From a virus, in the IMG/VR virus record IMGVR_UViG_3300028666_000002: a stretch of 64,000 bases of DNA. One strand, given 5' to 3'. The notes beneath the pieces are model-generated. The model searched no databases, was not told the DNA's origin, and saw only the letters and a list, made by a program, of their open reading frames with translations. The first letter of the stretch is position 1. Every line of letters starts with the position of its first letter. The translations under genes were made by a program, and so were the position numbers. Of the stretch, positions 9,183 to 19,175 are shown piece after piece.

Positions 9183-9938
9183 ATGAGTAAGATTAAATAC
9201 ACAAATGATATTATTTCTAAAGCAGTTGAAATGAGAATGGATGGCGAAGCTATTCCTGATATTGTAAAAGCTACAGGAATGAAAAAGCCTAGCCTACAAA
9301 AACTCTTTAGGGAAAGGGGAATAATTCTAACCCCAGAACAAAAGAAGGCGGCGCTAGCTAGACGATGGTTAAATCACGAACCAATAGTGGATGGGATGAA
9401 AAGATGCTCTAAGTGTAAAGAGAATAAACCGGTAGATGACTTCCATAAAAATGAGAAAAGACTTACAGGTTTAGTATCTTCTTGTAAGAAGTGCTATCAA
9501 GATTTTTATGAGGAAAATTCAGAAGAAATTAAGGCTAGAGTAAAAATATACAAAAATAAAAATCCAGATCTTGTTAAATTATGGGATAAAAATCGATATT
9601 TAGCTAAAACAGATGAATACATAGCTAACGCTGCTAAATGGGACAAAGAAAATCCAGAAAAACGTAAAGAAATAAAAAGAGAATACGACAAAAGAAATCA
9701 ACCTGCAAAAAATTCCAGAACGGCCTTTTATCGTGCTCAAAAAATCCAAGCTACCCCAAAATGGCTATCTGACCATCAAAAAGAAGAGATTAAACGTATT
9801 TACGTCAATTGTCCTAAGGGATTTCACGTCGATCATATCGTTCCACTAAACGGGGAAGAAGTTAGAGGTCTTCACGTACCTTGGAACTTACAATATCTAC
9901 CAGCAGCAGAAAACCTAAGAAAATCTAACAAGCTATAG
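9183..9938 (+). CDS. HNH homing endonuclease
   Basis: N-term HTH, CSKC..CKKC zinc finger, HVDHIVPL...GLHVPWNLQYL..ENLRKSNK. Confidence 0.9.
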   Translation: MSKIKYTNDIISKAVEMRMDGEAIPDIVKATGMKKPSLQKLFRERGIILTPEQKKAALARRWLNHEPIVDGMKRCSKCKENKPVDDFHKNEKRLTGLVSSCKKCYQDFYEENSEEIKARVKIYKNKNPDLVKLWDKNRYLAKTDEYIANAAKWDKENPEKRKEIKREYDKRNQPAKNSRTAFYRAQKIQATPKWLSDHQKEEIKRIYVNCPKGFHVDHIVPLNGEEVRGLHVPWNLQYLPAAENLRKSNKL

Positions 9939-10565
9939 TTCTACTACTACTGGCTTATTAGTTGGTCTATACTGTTCAGTACAAATGCTCGCATTAACAA
10001 ATGTTGTACCATTAAAAAGATGCATTCCATAAGAATGATGGATATGACCAAAAACATGAAGTTCCGGCTTTACCTCGATAACTCTTTTATACAAATCTTC
10101 ACAGCCAACCCTACTACCATCAGGACATAGGTCTAATATGCCAGCTGGTGGTCCATGGGTAAGTAACACATCGACCTTATCAGGAATCTTCTTCCAAATA
10201 GCGGCTAATTCTGGTCCTCTAGGCACATTAAAGGCCCAGTTAAAAAACTCTGGCTGCCAAGGTGAACCATAAAACACTTTTCCGTCAATTTCTACAGAAG
10301 AATCAAGTAGATAGGTGATACCGTTGTCTCCACAAAGAGTTTTCATCATTGTAGGATCTTTCTCAGCTAACCAGTCATGATTACCCGCTGTAATAATGAC
10401 ATTCTTGAAATTTGTGGCTTGTTTCTTTAAAGATTTCAGTTCGTTAGCTATCTCGTGTGTACTTCCACGATAGGTAAGATCCCCAGAATGAACAAGCACA
10501 TCCCCTTCAGGCAGGATTACCTTAGATATTTGACAGTGCGTATCGCTTATACATACTATTTTCAT
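9933..10565 (-). CDS. Calcineurin-like metallophosphoesterase
   Basis: ISDTH, HSGD, AGNHD, LTHGPP, FGHIH motifs; likely start MKIVCISD. Confidence 0.9.
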   Translation of the reverse strand: MKIVCISDTHCQISKVILPEGDVLVHSGDLTYRGSTHEIANELKSLKKQATNFKNVIITAGNHDWLAEKDPTMMKTLCGDNGITYLLDSSVEIDGKVFYGSPWQPEFFNWAFNVPRGPELAAIWKKIPDKVDVLLTHGPPAGILDLCPDGSRVGCEDLYKRVIEVKPELHVFGHIHHSYGMHLFNGTTFVNASICTEQYRPTNKPVVVEL

Positions 10566-10646
10566 AAGCCTAATATACCATATATGAAGCAATCTTAATA
10601 GTGAATATTCACTCGCATAAGCGGGAAGACCTTAAGGAGATTTTTC

Positions 10647-12779
10647 ATGGCTTTAACTAATCATACTATTATAGCTCTTCAGGATGCCCTCACCTTGGTA
10701 TCTGCCGGTAATGAGTTAGCCAGCGCAATCACAAGCGGCGCTAAACTTTCTCCGGATACTCTTACCAGGCTGCAAGATGCCATGAGTAATAAAAATATTG
10801 GTAACGATCTTCAGGCAGCTATCTTGGGAACGCGTCCTCTTTCGTTTATCGATCTTCAATACATGATTGACGGTTTCGCAGATCAAGTGGTTGCTGGAAA
10901 CGTGGCCTCTAATATGGCTGGCGGTATCTCTCCTGCAGCGATCCCCCTTCTTCATAATCTCTTTTCTGTTGTTCCAAATCCTATCACGGCTCTTGGAACC
11001 AATCCTCCGAAGAATGTTTCGTTGCCTGGTGCGACTACTTTTACGGTATCGAATCTTGGACTTCCGACTACGGTTACTCTCGGACTGTCGGCTGGAAGTA
11101 CCTTTCCTTCTACTGGCCCTGGATCTTCTTTTACGTTAGCAAATGCTGGAAATACAAATCAATATATGGTTTGGTACAACGTTGCTGGCGGTAGCAATAC
11201 GAATCCTACCCCTCCTGGTTTTACAGGAATTGAAGTTACTATTAATAGCACCGACACCAATACTGTCGTGGCCACCAAAACGGCACTGGCTATCGCAAGC
11301 GCTTTGGCTGGAATGACTTCTACCGTAACTTCTAATACGGTTACCATTGTCATCAATGCGGTTCTTAGCATGGTCGCTACTCCGACTTTCTCTCCTGCGG
11401 CTGGATCATACTATGGAACGCAATCGGTTTCTTTGTCTTCGGCTACGGCTGGAGCAGCTTTTTACTATACTACAGACGGTTCGATTCCCACTACTCTGAG
11501 TCCTCTTTACAGTACGCCCATTTCTGTTTCTGCAAATGAGACTGTAAATGTGTTGGCTACGAAGGCTGGGTTTTCAAACTCTACTGTTGGCACTGCGGCT
11601 TATGTAATCTCGGTACCAGGAACTGTCGCTACTCCGACTTTCTCTCCTGCAGCTGGATCTTATTCTGGTACGCAGTCGGTGACGGTCTCTTCGATTACGG
11701 CTGGATCAACTTTTTACTATACTACGGACGGTTCTACTCCGACTACGGGAAGCACGCTATATACTGGTCCAATTTCGGTTGCTTCTAGCGAAACCGTAAA
11801 AGTGTTGGGAGTTAAGGCTGGATTTTCAAATTCTGCTATTGGCTCTGCGGCATATACTATCTCTGGGGCGGGAACTGTCGCTACTCCGACTTTCTTCCCG
11901 GCTGCTGGAACTTATGGTACCACGCAATCTGTGACTCTTTCTTCTGTTACAGCTGGAGCAACTTTCTACTACACTACGGACGGATCTACTCCAACTACTG
12001 GAAGCACTTTGTATACCGGAGCAATTAGTGTTGCGACTGGTGAGACTTTAAAAGTATTAGCTACAAAGGCTGGTTTAACGAACTCTGCAATCGCAAGCGC
12101 AGCATATGTTATCGGTCCTACAGCTGTTAATCTCGCAACTGCTGGTAACTACAGAATTCTGTCGGAAGCTGGTATCAGCGATACGTCTGGATCTGCAATC
12201 ACCGGTTCGATGGCAGTAAGCCCAATAGCGCACACGGCTATCACCGGATTTGTTCTCACACTCGATGGCGGTGGACAATTCTCTACCGCACCTAATGTGA
12301 CTGGCGATATCTATGCGGCTGATTATGCTGTACCAACTCCAGCCAATCTTACGACAGCTATTGGCGACATGACGACCGCATACAACGATGCTGCAGGTCG
12401 TACTCTCAATTCGATTGTTAATATTGGTAGTGGAAACTTGGGTGGACTCACCCTTACTCCCGGCCTTTATACGTGGTCTACCGGCGTTACGATTCCTACC
12501 ACTCTTACGTTGAGTGGCGGACCAAGCGACGTGTTCATTATGCAGATTAGCGGTACGCTCAACTTAGCGGCCTCTACGCATATCGTACTTACTGGTGGAT
12601 TGCTGGCAAGCAACGTCTTCTGGCAAGTTACTGGCGCCGTGACGCTCGGTGTAAGTTCTATATTCAATGGTATCATTTTGTCAGCGACAAATATTGCAGT
12701 TCAAACTACAGCAACCGTACACGGAAGACTGTACGCGCAGACTGCGGTTACGTTGCAAGATAACATCGTTGGTAACTAA
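10647..12779 (+). CDS. Virion protein: N-terminal helical repeats + 3 chitobiase/Fn3-like repeats + C-terminal DUF3494 ice-binding domain
   Basis: 3x VATPTF.PAAG.Y...YYTTDGS.PT; TLTPGLY, SNVFWQV, GRLYAQTAVTL; AATCTT at 10591. Confidence 0.85.
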   Translation: MALTNHTIIALQDALTLVSAGNELASAITSGAKLSPDTLTRLQDAMSNKNIGNDLQAAILGTRPLSFIDLQYMIDGFADQVVAGNVASNMAGGISPAAIPLLHNLFSVVPNPITALGTNPPKNVSLPGATTFTVSNLGLPTTVTLGLSAGSTFPSTGPGSSFTLANAGNTNQYMVWYNVAGGSNTNPTPPGFTGIEVTINSTDTNTVVATKTALAIASALAGMTSTVTSNTVTIVINAVLSMVATPTFSPAAGSYYGTQSVSLSSATAGAAFYYTTDGSIPTTLSPLYSTPISVSANETVNVLATKAGFSNSTVGTAAYVISVPGTVATPTFSPAAGSYSGTQSVTVSSITAGSTFYYTTDGSTPTTGSTLYTGPISVASSETVKVLGVKAGFSNSAIGSAAYTISGAGTVATPTFFPAAGTYGTTQSVTLSSVTAGATFYYTTDGSTPTTGSTLYTGAISVATGETLKVLATKAGLTNSAIASAAYVIGPTAVNLATAGNYRILSEAGISDTSGSAITGSMAVSPIAHTAITGFVLTLDGGGQFSTAPNVTGDIYAADYAVPTPANLTTAIGDMTTAYNDAAGRTLNSIVNIGSGNLGGLTLTPGLYTWSTGVTIPTTLTLSGGPSDVFIMQISGTLNLAASTHIVLTGGLLASNVFWQVTGAVTLGVSSIFNGIILSATNIAVQTTATVHGRLYAQTAVTLQDNIVGN

Positions 12780-13099
12780 AAAGTCCATTTGAACAAAAGC
12801 AAAGCTTTGTTCGTTGAGCCTTGAAATTCTATTCTTTGAAAAGGGTAAGCCATATCGAAAGGTATGGCTACTTGTTTTTTCACTCCAACTGTATAGATAG
12901 TAGCCATAGCAAATCGGGCCTGCGGACTAACCCATATCACCCGTTTCTCAGCCATTATTTGAGCTTGATGCTCTATCCTCTTAGTCTTTTCTACAATTCC
13001 AGACTGAATACCTGCCGCTTCTAGACTTTTAATACATGCTGTTTTTTGAGTAGCATTGATGATGCCAGCACACATCATAGCTATCCAGGCACTATACAT
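12776..13099 (-). CDS. Hypothetical protein
   Basis: ORF coupled to tmk. Confidence 0.5.
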   Translation of the reverse strand: MYSAWIAMMCAGIINATQKTACIKSLEAAGIQSGIVEKTKRIEHQAQIMAEKRVIWVSPQARFAMATIYTVGVKKQVAIPFDMAYPFQRIEFQGSTNKALLLFKWTF

Positions 13100-13745
13100 A
13101 TTGGTCGATTATAACCTCTAAAATGTTATTTAACTGAGACTTGACATTATCCAAATCTTGATTAGCATCTACGCTAAAGAAAACAGTACCAGTTGAAGGG
13201 TCGTTGTTGTCTTCAAAGATATATTCTTCAAATGATTCACGTACTTTCTCTTGGTATTCAACACCCTTCATTTCAATAACATCCATTGCTCCACCACGTT
13301 TAACCCTGCGTTTAAGGGCAGTTTCAGTATTAACCCTAAAATAGATGACAATTTCAGGAAGCCTGGTCTCAAGCTCTAAAACGCCCCTATAAAGCAAATC
13401 TGTAAAATCTTTAGACACATTGTGGTCGGTATAAGCTAAATGACTATACCATCCACGGTCTGAAACCATCAAATCTGGAGGATTTTCACTTACTTCCAGG
13501 TTACGCAACCACTTATCATTTTCGTAACGCATAGCGGAGAATAGAAGCTCCATAGCTTCCCCGGATAGGCTGCTATTTGGGTCTAGGACGAATTCTCTGA
13601 GCTTAACGCATGCTGGGATATGGGGGTTTCCAACTTCTCGCGTTTCTACTACATTTAAGCCCCGTTTTTGAGCTTGTTCGATAAAGTATCGTAATGATGT
13701 GGTTTTCCCCGAACCATCCACTCCCTCGAATTCTATTTTAAGCAT
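13092..13745 (-). CDS. tmk: Thymidylate kinase
   Basis: FEGVDGSGKTT P-loop, TREVG, LLFSAMR, SDRGWYS. Confidence 0.9.
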   Translation of the reverse strand: MLKIEFEGVDGSGKTTSLRYFIEQAQKRGLNVVETREVGNPHIPACVKLREFVLDPNSSLSGEAMELLFSAMRYENDKWLRNLEVSENPPDLMVSDRGWYSHLAYTDHNVSKDFTDLLYRGVLELETRLPEIVIYFRVNTETALKRRVKRGGAMDVIEMKGVEYQEKVRESFEEYIFEDNNDPSTGTVFFSVDANQDLDNVKSQLNNILEVIIDQYV

Positions 13746-13794
13746 AAATATCTCCTTGACACCGTAGTTTTACCTGTGTCATAATCTTATTAAT

Positions 13795-14550
13795 ATGAAC
13801 AAGAAATTCTATGTATATTGTCACAGAAATCCGGAAAATAATCAAGTCCAATATATTGGGAAAGGACAGGGAAGAAGAGCCTATTCACTAACAAAACGTA
13901 GTGCCGCACATTTGGAATGGATAGGCCTGTTATCTAAAAAAACATTGAAACCTATAATTGATATTATAGAATATTTTGATAATGAAAAGGATGCTTTAAA
14001 CAAAGAAATAGAATTAATTAAATATTACAAACATTTAGGAGTTCAATTATTAAACATTTCCGAAGGTGGTTCGCCTGGTTCAGGCTTAACTGGACAAAAA
14101 AATGGAGCTTACGGTAGAAAAAGATTTGATTTAATAAAAAGAAATCAGGCAAATAAAGGCAAAACATTAACAGAAATTTATGGAGAACAACGGGCCATAG
14201 AAATAAAAAAGACTCTATCAGAAGCCACCATTGGTGAAAATAATCCAATGTATGGAAAATCTGGCGAAAATGCACCTTGTTTTGGTAGAAATGGTGAATT
14301 GCACCCTATGTATGGCAAAAAACACAAAGAAGAATCTAAGCTTAAAATAAGCATTTCCTTAAGAGAAAATAGGGGCATAAAAATTCAATGTTCTAATGGT
14401 ATTGTTTATGCTTCTTTATCTCAAGCTGCGAAAGAATTACATATAGGAAGAAAATATATATCTGAAATTTTGAAAAAATCAAGAATTAGCCACAAAGGGC
14501 TAACATTTCAATATGTTAACTCAACTATTGGAAATCTCAAGCAATCTTAA
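13795..14550 (+). CDS. GIY-YIG homing endonuclease (NUMOD3/NUMOD1)
   Basis: YVY..YIGKG..R, E..LI...N; NPMYGK repeats; C-term HTH; AT-rich. Confidence 0.85.
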   Translation: MNKKFYVYCHRNPENNQVQYIGKGQGRRAYSLTKRSAAHLEWIGLLSKKTLKPIIDIIEYFDNEKDALNKEIELIKYYKHLGVQLLNISEGGSPGSGLTGQKNGAYGRKRFDLIKRNQANKGKTLTEIYGEQRAIEIKKTLSEATIGENNPMYGKSGENAPCFGRNGELHPMYGKKHKEESKLKISISLRENRGIKIQCSNGIVYASLSQAAKELHIGRKYISEILKKSRISHKGLTFQYVNSTIGNLKQS

Positions 14551-14582
14551 CTATAGAATATACCCTTTTTGGAGTAAATACA

Positions 14583-15059
14583 ATGCCGTTGTTCGCCGCA
14601 AAAGTAATAACCTCTTTTTTTAATATAAACGCGTTTACCTACGGTAATCAGTGGATCGTCAACAATGGCGACCCCATAACGCTGTATTTTCAACTTTACG
14701 ATGCTAATCAGGCTACTCAAGCCTCAAATAGTAGTGGATATTTTGGCAGTATTTTCAGTGGGATAACGCCAGTAGGACCTACTGCTGGTCTAAGATATTT
14801 GGTTGGAATTGGCTCTAACAATAATCCATATCAAGTCACCGTTACTTTCCCGTCAGTTGATCTTAACACTGCCATCACGCTAATCGCAACCCAGGTCAGC
14901 CCCGCCGATAGCTCTATTTGGTCTGTTTCAGTTCCCGCAAGCCAAGCGATTTGCGGTGGAAACATTCAATTTGCAATTTATCAGGGAAATACAATCAATA
15001 GATTTAGTGTTCTTAATATGCTGGACGTTATCTTCCCAGTAAACAATGGATGTTGCTAA
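14583..15059 (+). CDS. Hypothetical virion protein
   Basis: Beta-rich ORF after AATCTT motif (14543), in neck region. Confidence 0.5.
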   Translation: MPLFAAKVITSFFNINAFTYGNQWIVNNGDPITLYFQLYDANQATQASNSSGYFGSIFSGITPVGPTAGLRYLVGIGSNNNPYQVTVTFPSVDLNTAITLIATQVSPADSSIWSVSVPASQAICGGNIQFAIYQGNTINRFSVLNMLDVIFPVNNGCC

Positions 15060-15907
15060 TGGCTAATACACCAAATAATGTTTCTACGATTATAGGAAAA
15101 GGTTACGGAACGGCTATCTATCCGGTTCACGCTTCTGTTGTGTCTGGTTTGATGCAGCGTGTCGAACCGATGCTTACTCCGCAGCAATTAAAATCGAGAT
15201 TCCTAAAGGGCATCCCTCTATTCTTTTTCAATGGCGATACATTCTCTGACGATGACCTCAAGGATCGCATTTATCTCGCCTCCAACGTAGCCGAAGTAGA
15301 TTTAAAAGTTACTATTACTCCAGAACAATTCCAAAACAAATTGCCTTTCAAACAAGAGGACTATAAGGCTTACATCAATTTGGTAGCCGAACAGGGTCCG
15401 ATTATCAGTATTGAACAGTTGGCCATCGTGAGTGCTGATAAAAATACCATCTTTGAAATACCTGCCGAATGGATCGAAACTGCAAACTTTTCTAAGAGGT
15501 TAATCAATGTGATTCCGCTCTTAGCTGCTTACGGCGTGAATTCAGTGCAGGGTGCAGTTGGAAATGCAGGTATTGCATTCTTAAGTGTCATGGACGGATT
15601 GAACTGGGTCCCGGCTTATTGGCAAATAAAATATACGGCTGGAATGTCTAATCAAGAAGGCAAGATACCTACGGTCGTCAATGAATTGATCGGCTGTATT
15701 GCTGCCATAGATATCTTGAGCGAGATTGCGGCCACATTCATCTTTACAAGTCAATCACAAAGTCAAGATGGAATTTCGCAAAGCAGCTCTATGCCTGGCC
15801 CACGCATATATCAGTTGCGCATAGAAGAATTAATGCAAAAAAGAGCAAAGCTAGAAAGGCAGATTAGAAATATTTTTTCGTCTAGATTTTTCGTCGGCAA
15901 CTTTTAA
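15050..15907 (+). CDS. Head-tail adaptor/connector protein
   Basis: IKYTAG..IP..VNELIG..AAI...SQSQDGISQSSS pattern; position after head genes. Confidence 0.65.
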   Translation: MLLMANTPNNVSTIIGKGYGTAIYPVHASVVSGLMQRVEPMLTPQQLKSRFLKGIPLFFFNGDTFSDDDLKDRIYLASNVAEVDLKVTITPEQFQNKLPFKQEDYKAYINLVAEQGPIISIEQLAIVSADKNTIFEIPAEWIETANFSKRLINVIPLLAAYGVNSVQGAVGNAGIAFLSVMDGLNWVPAYWQIKYTAGMSNQEGKIPTVVNELIGCIAAIDILSEIAATFIFTSQSQSQDGISQSSSMPGPRIYQLRIEELMQKRAKLERQIRNIFSSRFFVGNF

Positions 15908-15928
15908 TTATGGTAAAATAGTACTTAT

Positions 15929-16675
15929 ATGGCTAATAAAGTCGGAGAAGGCGTACATGACATCTACAAAGAACGAGCCCAGCAGGGTGGAGATGTTCTG
16001 TGGCATGTTAAGATAAAGGGCCAAACAGAATTGATGGAAGGGGTTCCTCTTCACATGTCCTTAAAAGTTTTTAATGACAAAAAAGAGATGAATCTTGATG
16101 AAATAAAAGAAAAGGTTAAAAAGTTTGATATAAAAACGCCAAACCCAGAGAAATTGAGATTTAAGACTACGATTTTTACATCTGAAAGAGATGGAAAAAA
16201 GTATTTTATGCTTCTGGTGGAAGGCGCAGATAAGACTTATGAAGATTTTTACAACAGCCTAAAGCATTGTGGAACTGTTTACGATAAATTCATGACTCAT
16301 ATTACTATAGATAAGGGATTGTACGATAAGATAAATGAAGAAGGATTAAAACCAGACGAAGTGGAGTTTAGCGTTCTTTCTATCGAATTTGGGGCTGGAA
16401 ATACAGTCCATGAGTTCAAGAAAAGTTTAGATGTAGAGATAATGAAAGAAACCATCTGTTTAAACTTAGATTTGTCTATAAAGCATTTTAGCGCATCTAT
16501 GTTGAAATCAGAAGTTTTTTGCAATTATTTAGAAGATCATCCGGGATTAGAACAGCAAATTGAACAAAAGCACAAAGATAGAATAGAGCATCATTTTGGT
16601 AATGATGAAAAATTAAAAGATTTCGCTTGGAAAAATGGAATAGATGCTGCTTACGCATCGAGGAATAAGAAGTAA
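15929..16675 (+). CDS. 2H phosphoesterase (Acb1/LigT-like) with C-terminal extension
   Basis: LHMSL and THITI motifs about 80 aa apart; tail with FKKSLD and MLKSEV. Confidence 0.6.
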   Translation: MANKVGEGVHDIYKERAQQGGDVLWHVKIKGQTELMEGVPLHMSLKVFNDKKEMNLDEIKEKVKKFDIKTPNPEKLRFKTTIFTSERDGKKYFMLLVEGADKTYEDFYNSLKHCGTVYDKFMTHITIDKGLYDKINEEGLKPDEVEFSVLSIEFGAGNTVHEFKKSLDVEIMKETICLNLDLSIKHFSASMLKSEVFCNYLEDHPGLEQQIEQKHKDRIEHHFGNDEKLKDFAWKNGIDAAYASRNKK

Positions 16676-17292
16676 TGGGTTTTGTATATAAAATAACCAA
16701 TATATTGACTGATAAAAAATATATTGGTCTTACCACAAGAAGCCTAGAGGAAAGATTTAGAAAACATCTTTTTGACGCTTTTGATGCACGAAGAAAAAAT
16801 GCTATTCACTATGCTTTAAGAAAATATGGTAAGAAAAATTTTGTTATAGAGGCAATTTTTGAAAGCAATTCATTAAATGAATTAAATGATAAAGAGAATT
16901 ATTTTATACAAAAATATGACACTTTGTATCCTAATGGTTATAATTTGATAGTTGGTGGCGGCGTTCGTATAGTATCAGAAATTACAAAAAACAGAATGAG
17001 AAAGGCACAATTAGGTAAAAAGCAATCTAAAAAAACAAGAAAAAAGAGATCTGACTCTCTAAAGGGCAAACCTCAAAAAAGGGTTTTTGTAAATAAAAGA
17101 GCTAAATCTATATGTAAACCTATTATGGAATTAACAACTGGTTTAACATTTAATTCTATTAAAGAATCAGCGAAATATTTTAATATAAGTTCTAGGGGTA
17201 TAAGCAAAAATCTTCACAACCAATCTGTTCATTATTTTGGTAAAAAATTTATTTTCCTAGATAAAGGAGAGTTTCATGCAAATAACAGCTAA
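16675..17292 (+). CDS. GIY-YIG homing endonuclease
   Basis: VYKITN..KKYIGLT..ERF..H, E..FI..GYN, NUMOD3. Confidence 0.9.
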   Translation: MGFVYKITNILTDKKYIGLTTRSLEERFRKHLFDAFDARRKNAIHYALRKYGKKNFVIEAIFESNSLNELNDKENYFIQKYDTLYPNGYNLIVGGGVRIVSEITKNRMRKAQLGKKQSKKTRKKRSDSLKGKPQKRVFVNKRAKSICKPIMELTTGLTFNSIKESAKYFNISSRGISKNLHNQSVHYFGKKFIFLDKGEFHANNS

Positions 17293-17776
17293 TGATGTAG
17301 ATAGAATCGAAGATTCTGGAACCATTGATGGAAATCCAGTAAAACTGGTTAGAACCAAAGGGGGGTTTTGGCTAGCGTTGGGAAGACGAAAATACAAGTC
17401 ATCTGAGGATGTTTTGGCGGCTGGGTCTCATCCTGCTATCGTAAAATATCAATTAGAAAAGCAATTCCCAGATTACCATCCAGCCATGATGAAGTCCGAA
17501 GGATTTGTAGAACCCCTTGTTATGAGTCATTCGCATTTTCTATCAGATGATTTGAGAAAAAATGGCTATGACATCTTCTCTGTTCAGACAGGGCCAAGCG
17601 TAGAATTCCTTATCACAAAACATAACAGTCAAATTGCTACCGTGAATAGCGAATTCTCTAAAGATCACCTGATTATTGAAAATCTAAATATCCCCAAAGA
17701 ATTTGCTAAAGCTATGGCGGGAGCTACAGTTGAAAAATCTGTTTCTTGTGAGGCAGGATTAAAACTGAAGAAATAA
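17276..17776 (+). CDS. Hypothetical head-associated protein
   Basis: AAGGAG RBS; MMKSEG motif. Confidence 0.5.
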   Translation: MQITANDVDRIEDSGTIDGNPVKLVRTKGGFWLALGRRKYKSSEDVLAAGSHPAIVKYQLEKQFPDYHPAMMKSEGFVEPLVMSHSHFLSDDLRKNGYDIFSVQTGPSVEFLITKHNSQIATVNSEFSKDHLIIENLNIPKEFAKAMAGATVEKSVSCEAGLKLKK

Positions 17777-17777
17777 C

Positions 17778-18140
17778 ATGTGTGTAAAAATAGCAAATTC
17801 AATTTCTGAAGTCAAATACGATTCAAAAAAACCTTTAGAAGAACAGCTTAATGGTTATAATAAGGTTATCATAAAATATGAATCAAAAGACCCTGATATT
17901 GATAAATTTTTAGAAGAAATGGAAAGATGTTGTAAGACCGGAGTATGCTTAAACATAGATGTCGATATGTCGCATGGGAATAACCTCAAAGGAATGAGAG
18001 CAAAAAGACAGGCCAAAAGATTGGTAAAAGATTTGAATCTAAATGAAGCAATTAAGTTATTGGTAAATATGCATTCACAAGCAGATAGAACTTTGAAAGA
18101 AATGTCTGATTTTTGCTTAAACGGAAAGAATAATGAGTAA
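17778..18140 (+). CDS. Hypothetical protein
   Basis: Coupled ORF in operon. Confidence 0.5.
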   Translation: MCVKIANSISEVKYDSKKPLEEQLNGYNKVIIKYESKDPDIDKFLEEMERCCKTGVCLNIDVDMSHGNNLKGMRAKRQAKRLVKDLNLNEAIKLLVNMHSQADRTLKEMSDFCLNGKNNE

Positions 18141-19131
18141 TAGGCCTCCAATAGGTATTCAAATACCGGTGATAACGCCATTTGCACCACAAGTGCAAGA
18201 ATCATTTGATCTGAATAGATTAGATGTTTTTGTTACTAGTCTTGGCGTAGATTTTTCTCATTTTAGGGCTATGATTAGTCCTTTAGGAAAGAATGATATT
18301 GGTGAAATTCGTAAAAATGATGGGGTAGACCAAATCACCTCTAATGGTATGCTTTACCGTTGTGCCGGTATTTTTACCGCTACCATGACCGACAACACCA
18401 GGGAACAGAAACGTACCCAAAGTGGAGTCACTGATCCATCAGAATCTAGACTCGTGATGCCGCGTTTTTACAATGTTCCAACGCCTACGGGGGTAGCTCA
18501 AGGAGAGCGTATATATCTAATGCCTGGAGATAGACTATACCTGTCTGATCCTAATGCAGATGTTTTGGTAGCTAATGTAGAAGAAATAGCCTATCAACCT
18601 GATATAGATAATGAGGCGATGTTTCCTATTGTGCGTTTACAAGAGAAAATTATCGATAGCCGTAACATAGAGTATACTTGCGGTATTGATTTTGAAATAA
18701 CTCAAGGTTCTTGCGTAGTTGGAGGACAGTCTTTGGGTGGCAACATCAGATGGCTTTCCGGTGGGAAAAATCCTGGAATCGACCCATTAACTGGAAAAGG
18801 GCGTGTGTTTTCAATTAGATATCTATACAAAGCTTTTTATTATGTTATGGCACTACCAAAAGAAGTTAGGGTTACTAACGTAACCGGAGCAAATGGGGTT
18901 AGGGCGCCACAAAGGGCGGCGATGCATGCGATAATAGTGAGAGAATACGTATTCCATCAACAAAATCGCGGAGATAAGATGAATCAACTTAAGCCAAAGA
19001 CCCAAGCTAGAACCATTAAGTCTCCGGTGGAAAATATTCTTTATCCTAATCAGCCAGTTAATGTTGACATTAGTAATGTACAAAAAATTGACATGAGCAA
19101 TATAGAAAATGGGGATGATGAAAACGAATAA
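18133..19131 (+). CDS. Putative neck/head-closure protein
   Basis: Size and position between adaptor and tail genes; GDRLYL and FSIRY resemble large-myophage neck proteins. Confidence 0.5.
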   Translation: MSNRPPIGIQIPVITPFAPQVQESFDLNRLDVFVTSLGVDFSHFRAMISPLGKNDIGEIRKNDGVDQITSNGMLYRCAGIFTATMTDNTREQKRTQSGVTDPSESRLVMPRFYNVPTPTGVAQGERIYLMPGDRLYLSDPNADVLVANVEEIAYQPDIDNEAMFPIVRLQEKIIDSRNIEYTCGIDFEITQGSCVVGGQSLGGNIRWLSGGKNPGIDPLTGKGRVFSIRYLYKAFYYVMALPKEVRVTNVTGANGVRAPQRAAMHAIIVREYVFHQQNRGDKMNQLKPKTQARTIKSPVENILYPNQPVNVDISNVQKIDMSNIENGDDENE

Positions 19132-19175
19132 ACTATTGTCTTTGCAAGGTAATCTTTATCATATGAGGAAAGAAT

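Noticed and set aside
11169-11207. DGR template/variable repeat explanation for the 39-bp duplicate
   Set aside because: Too short, differences not adenine-specific, no reverse transcriptase in window
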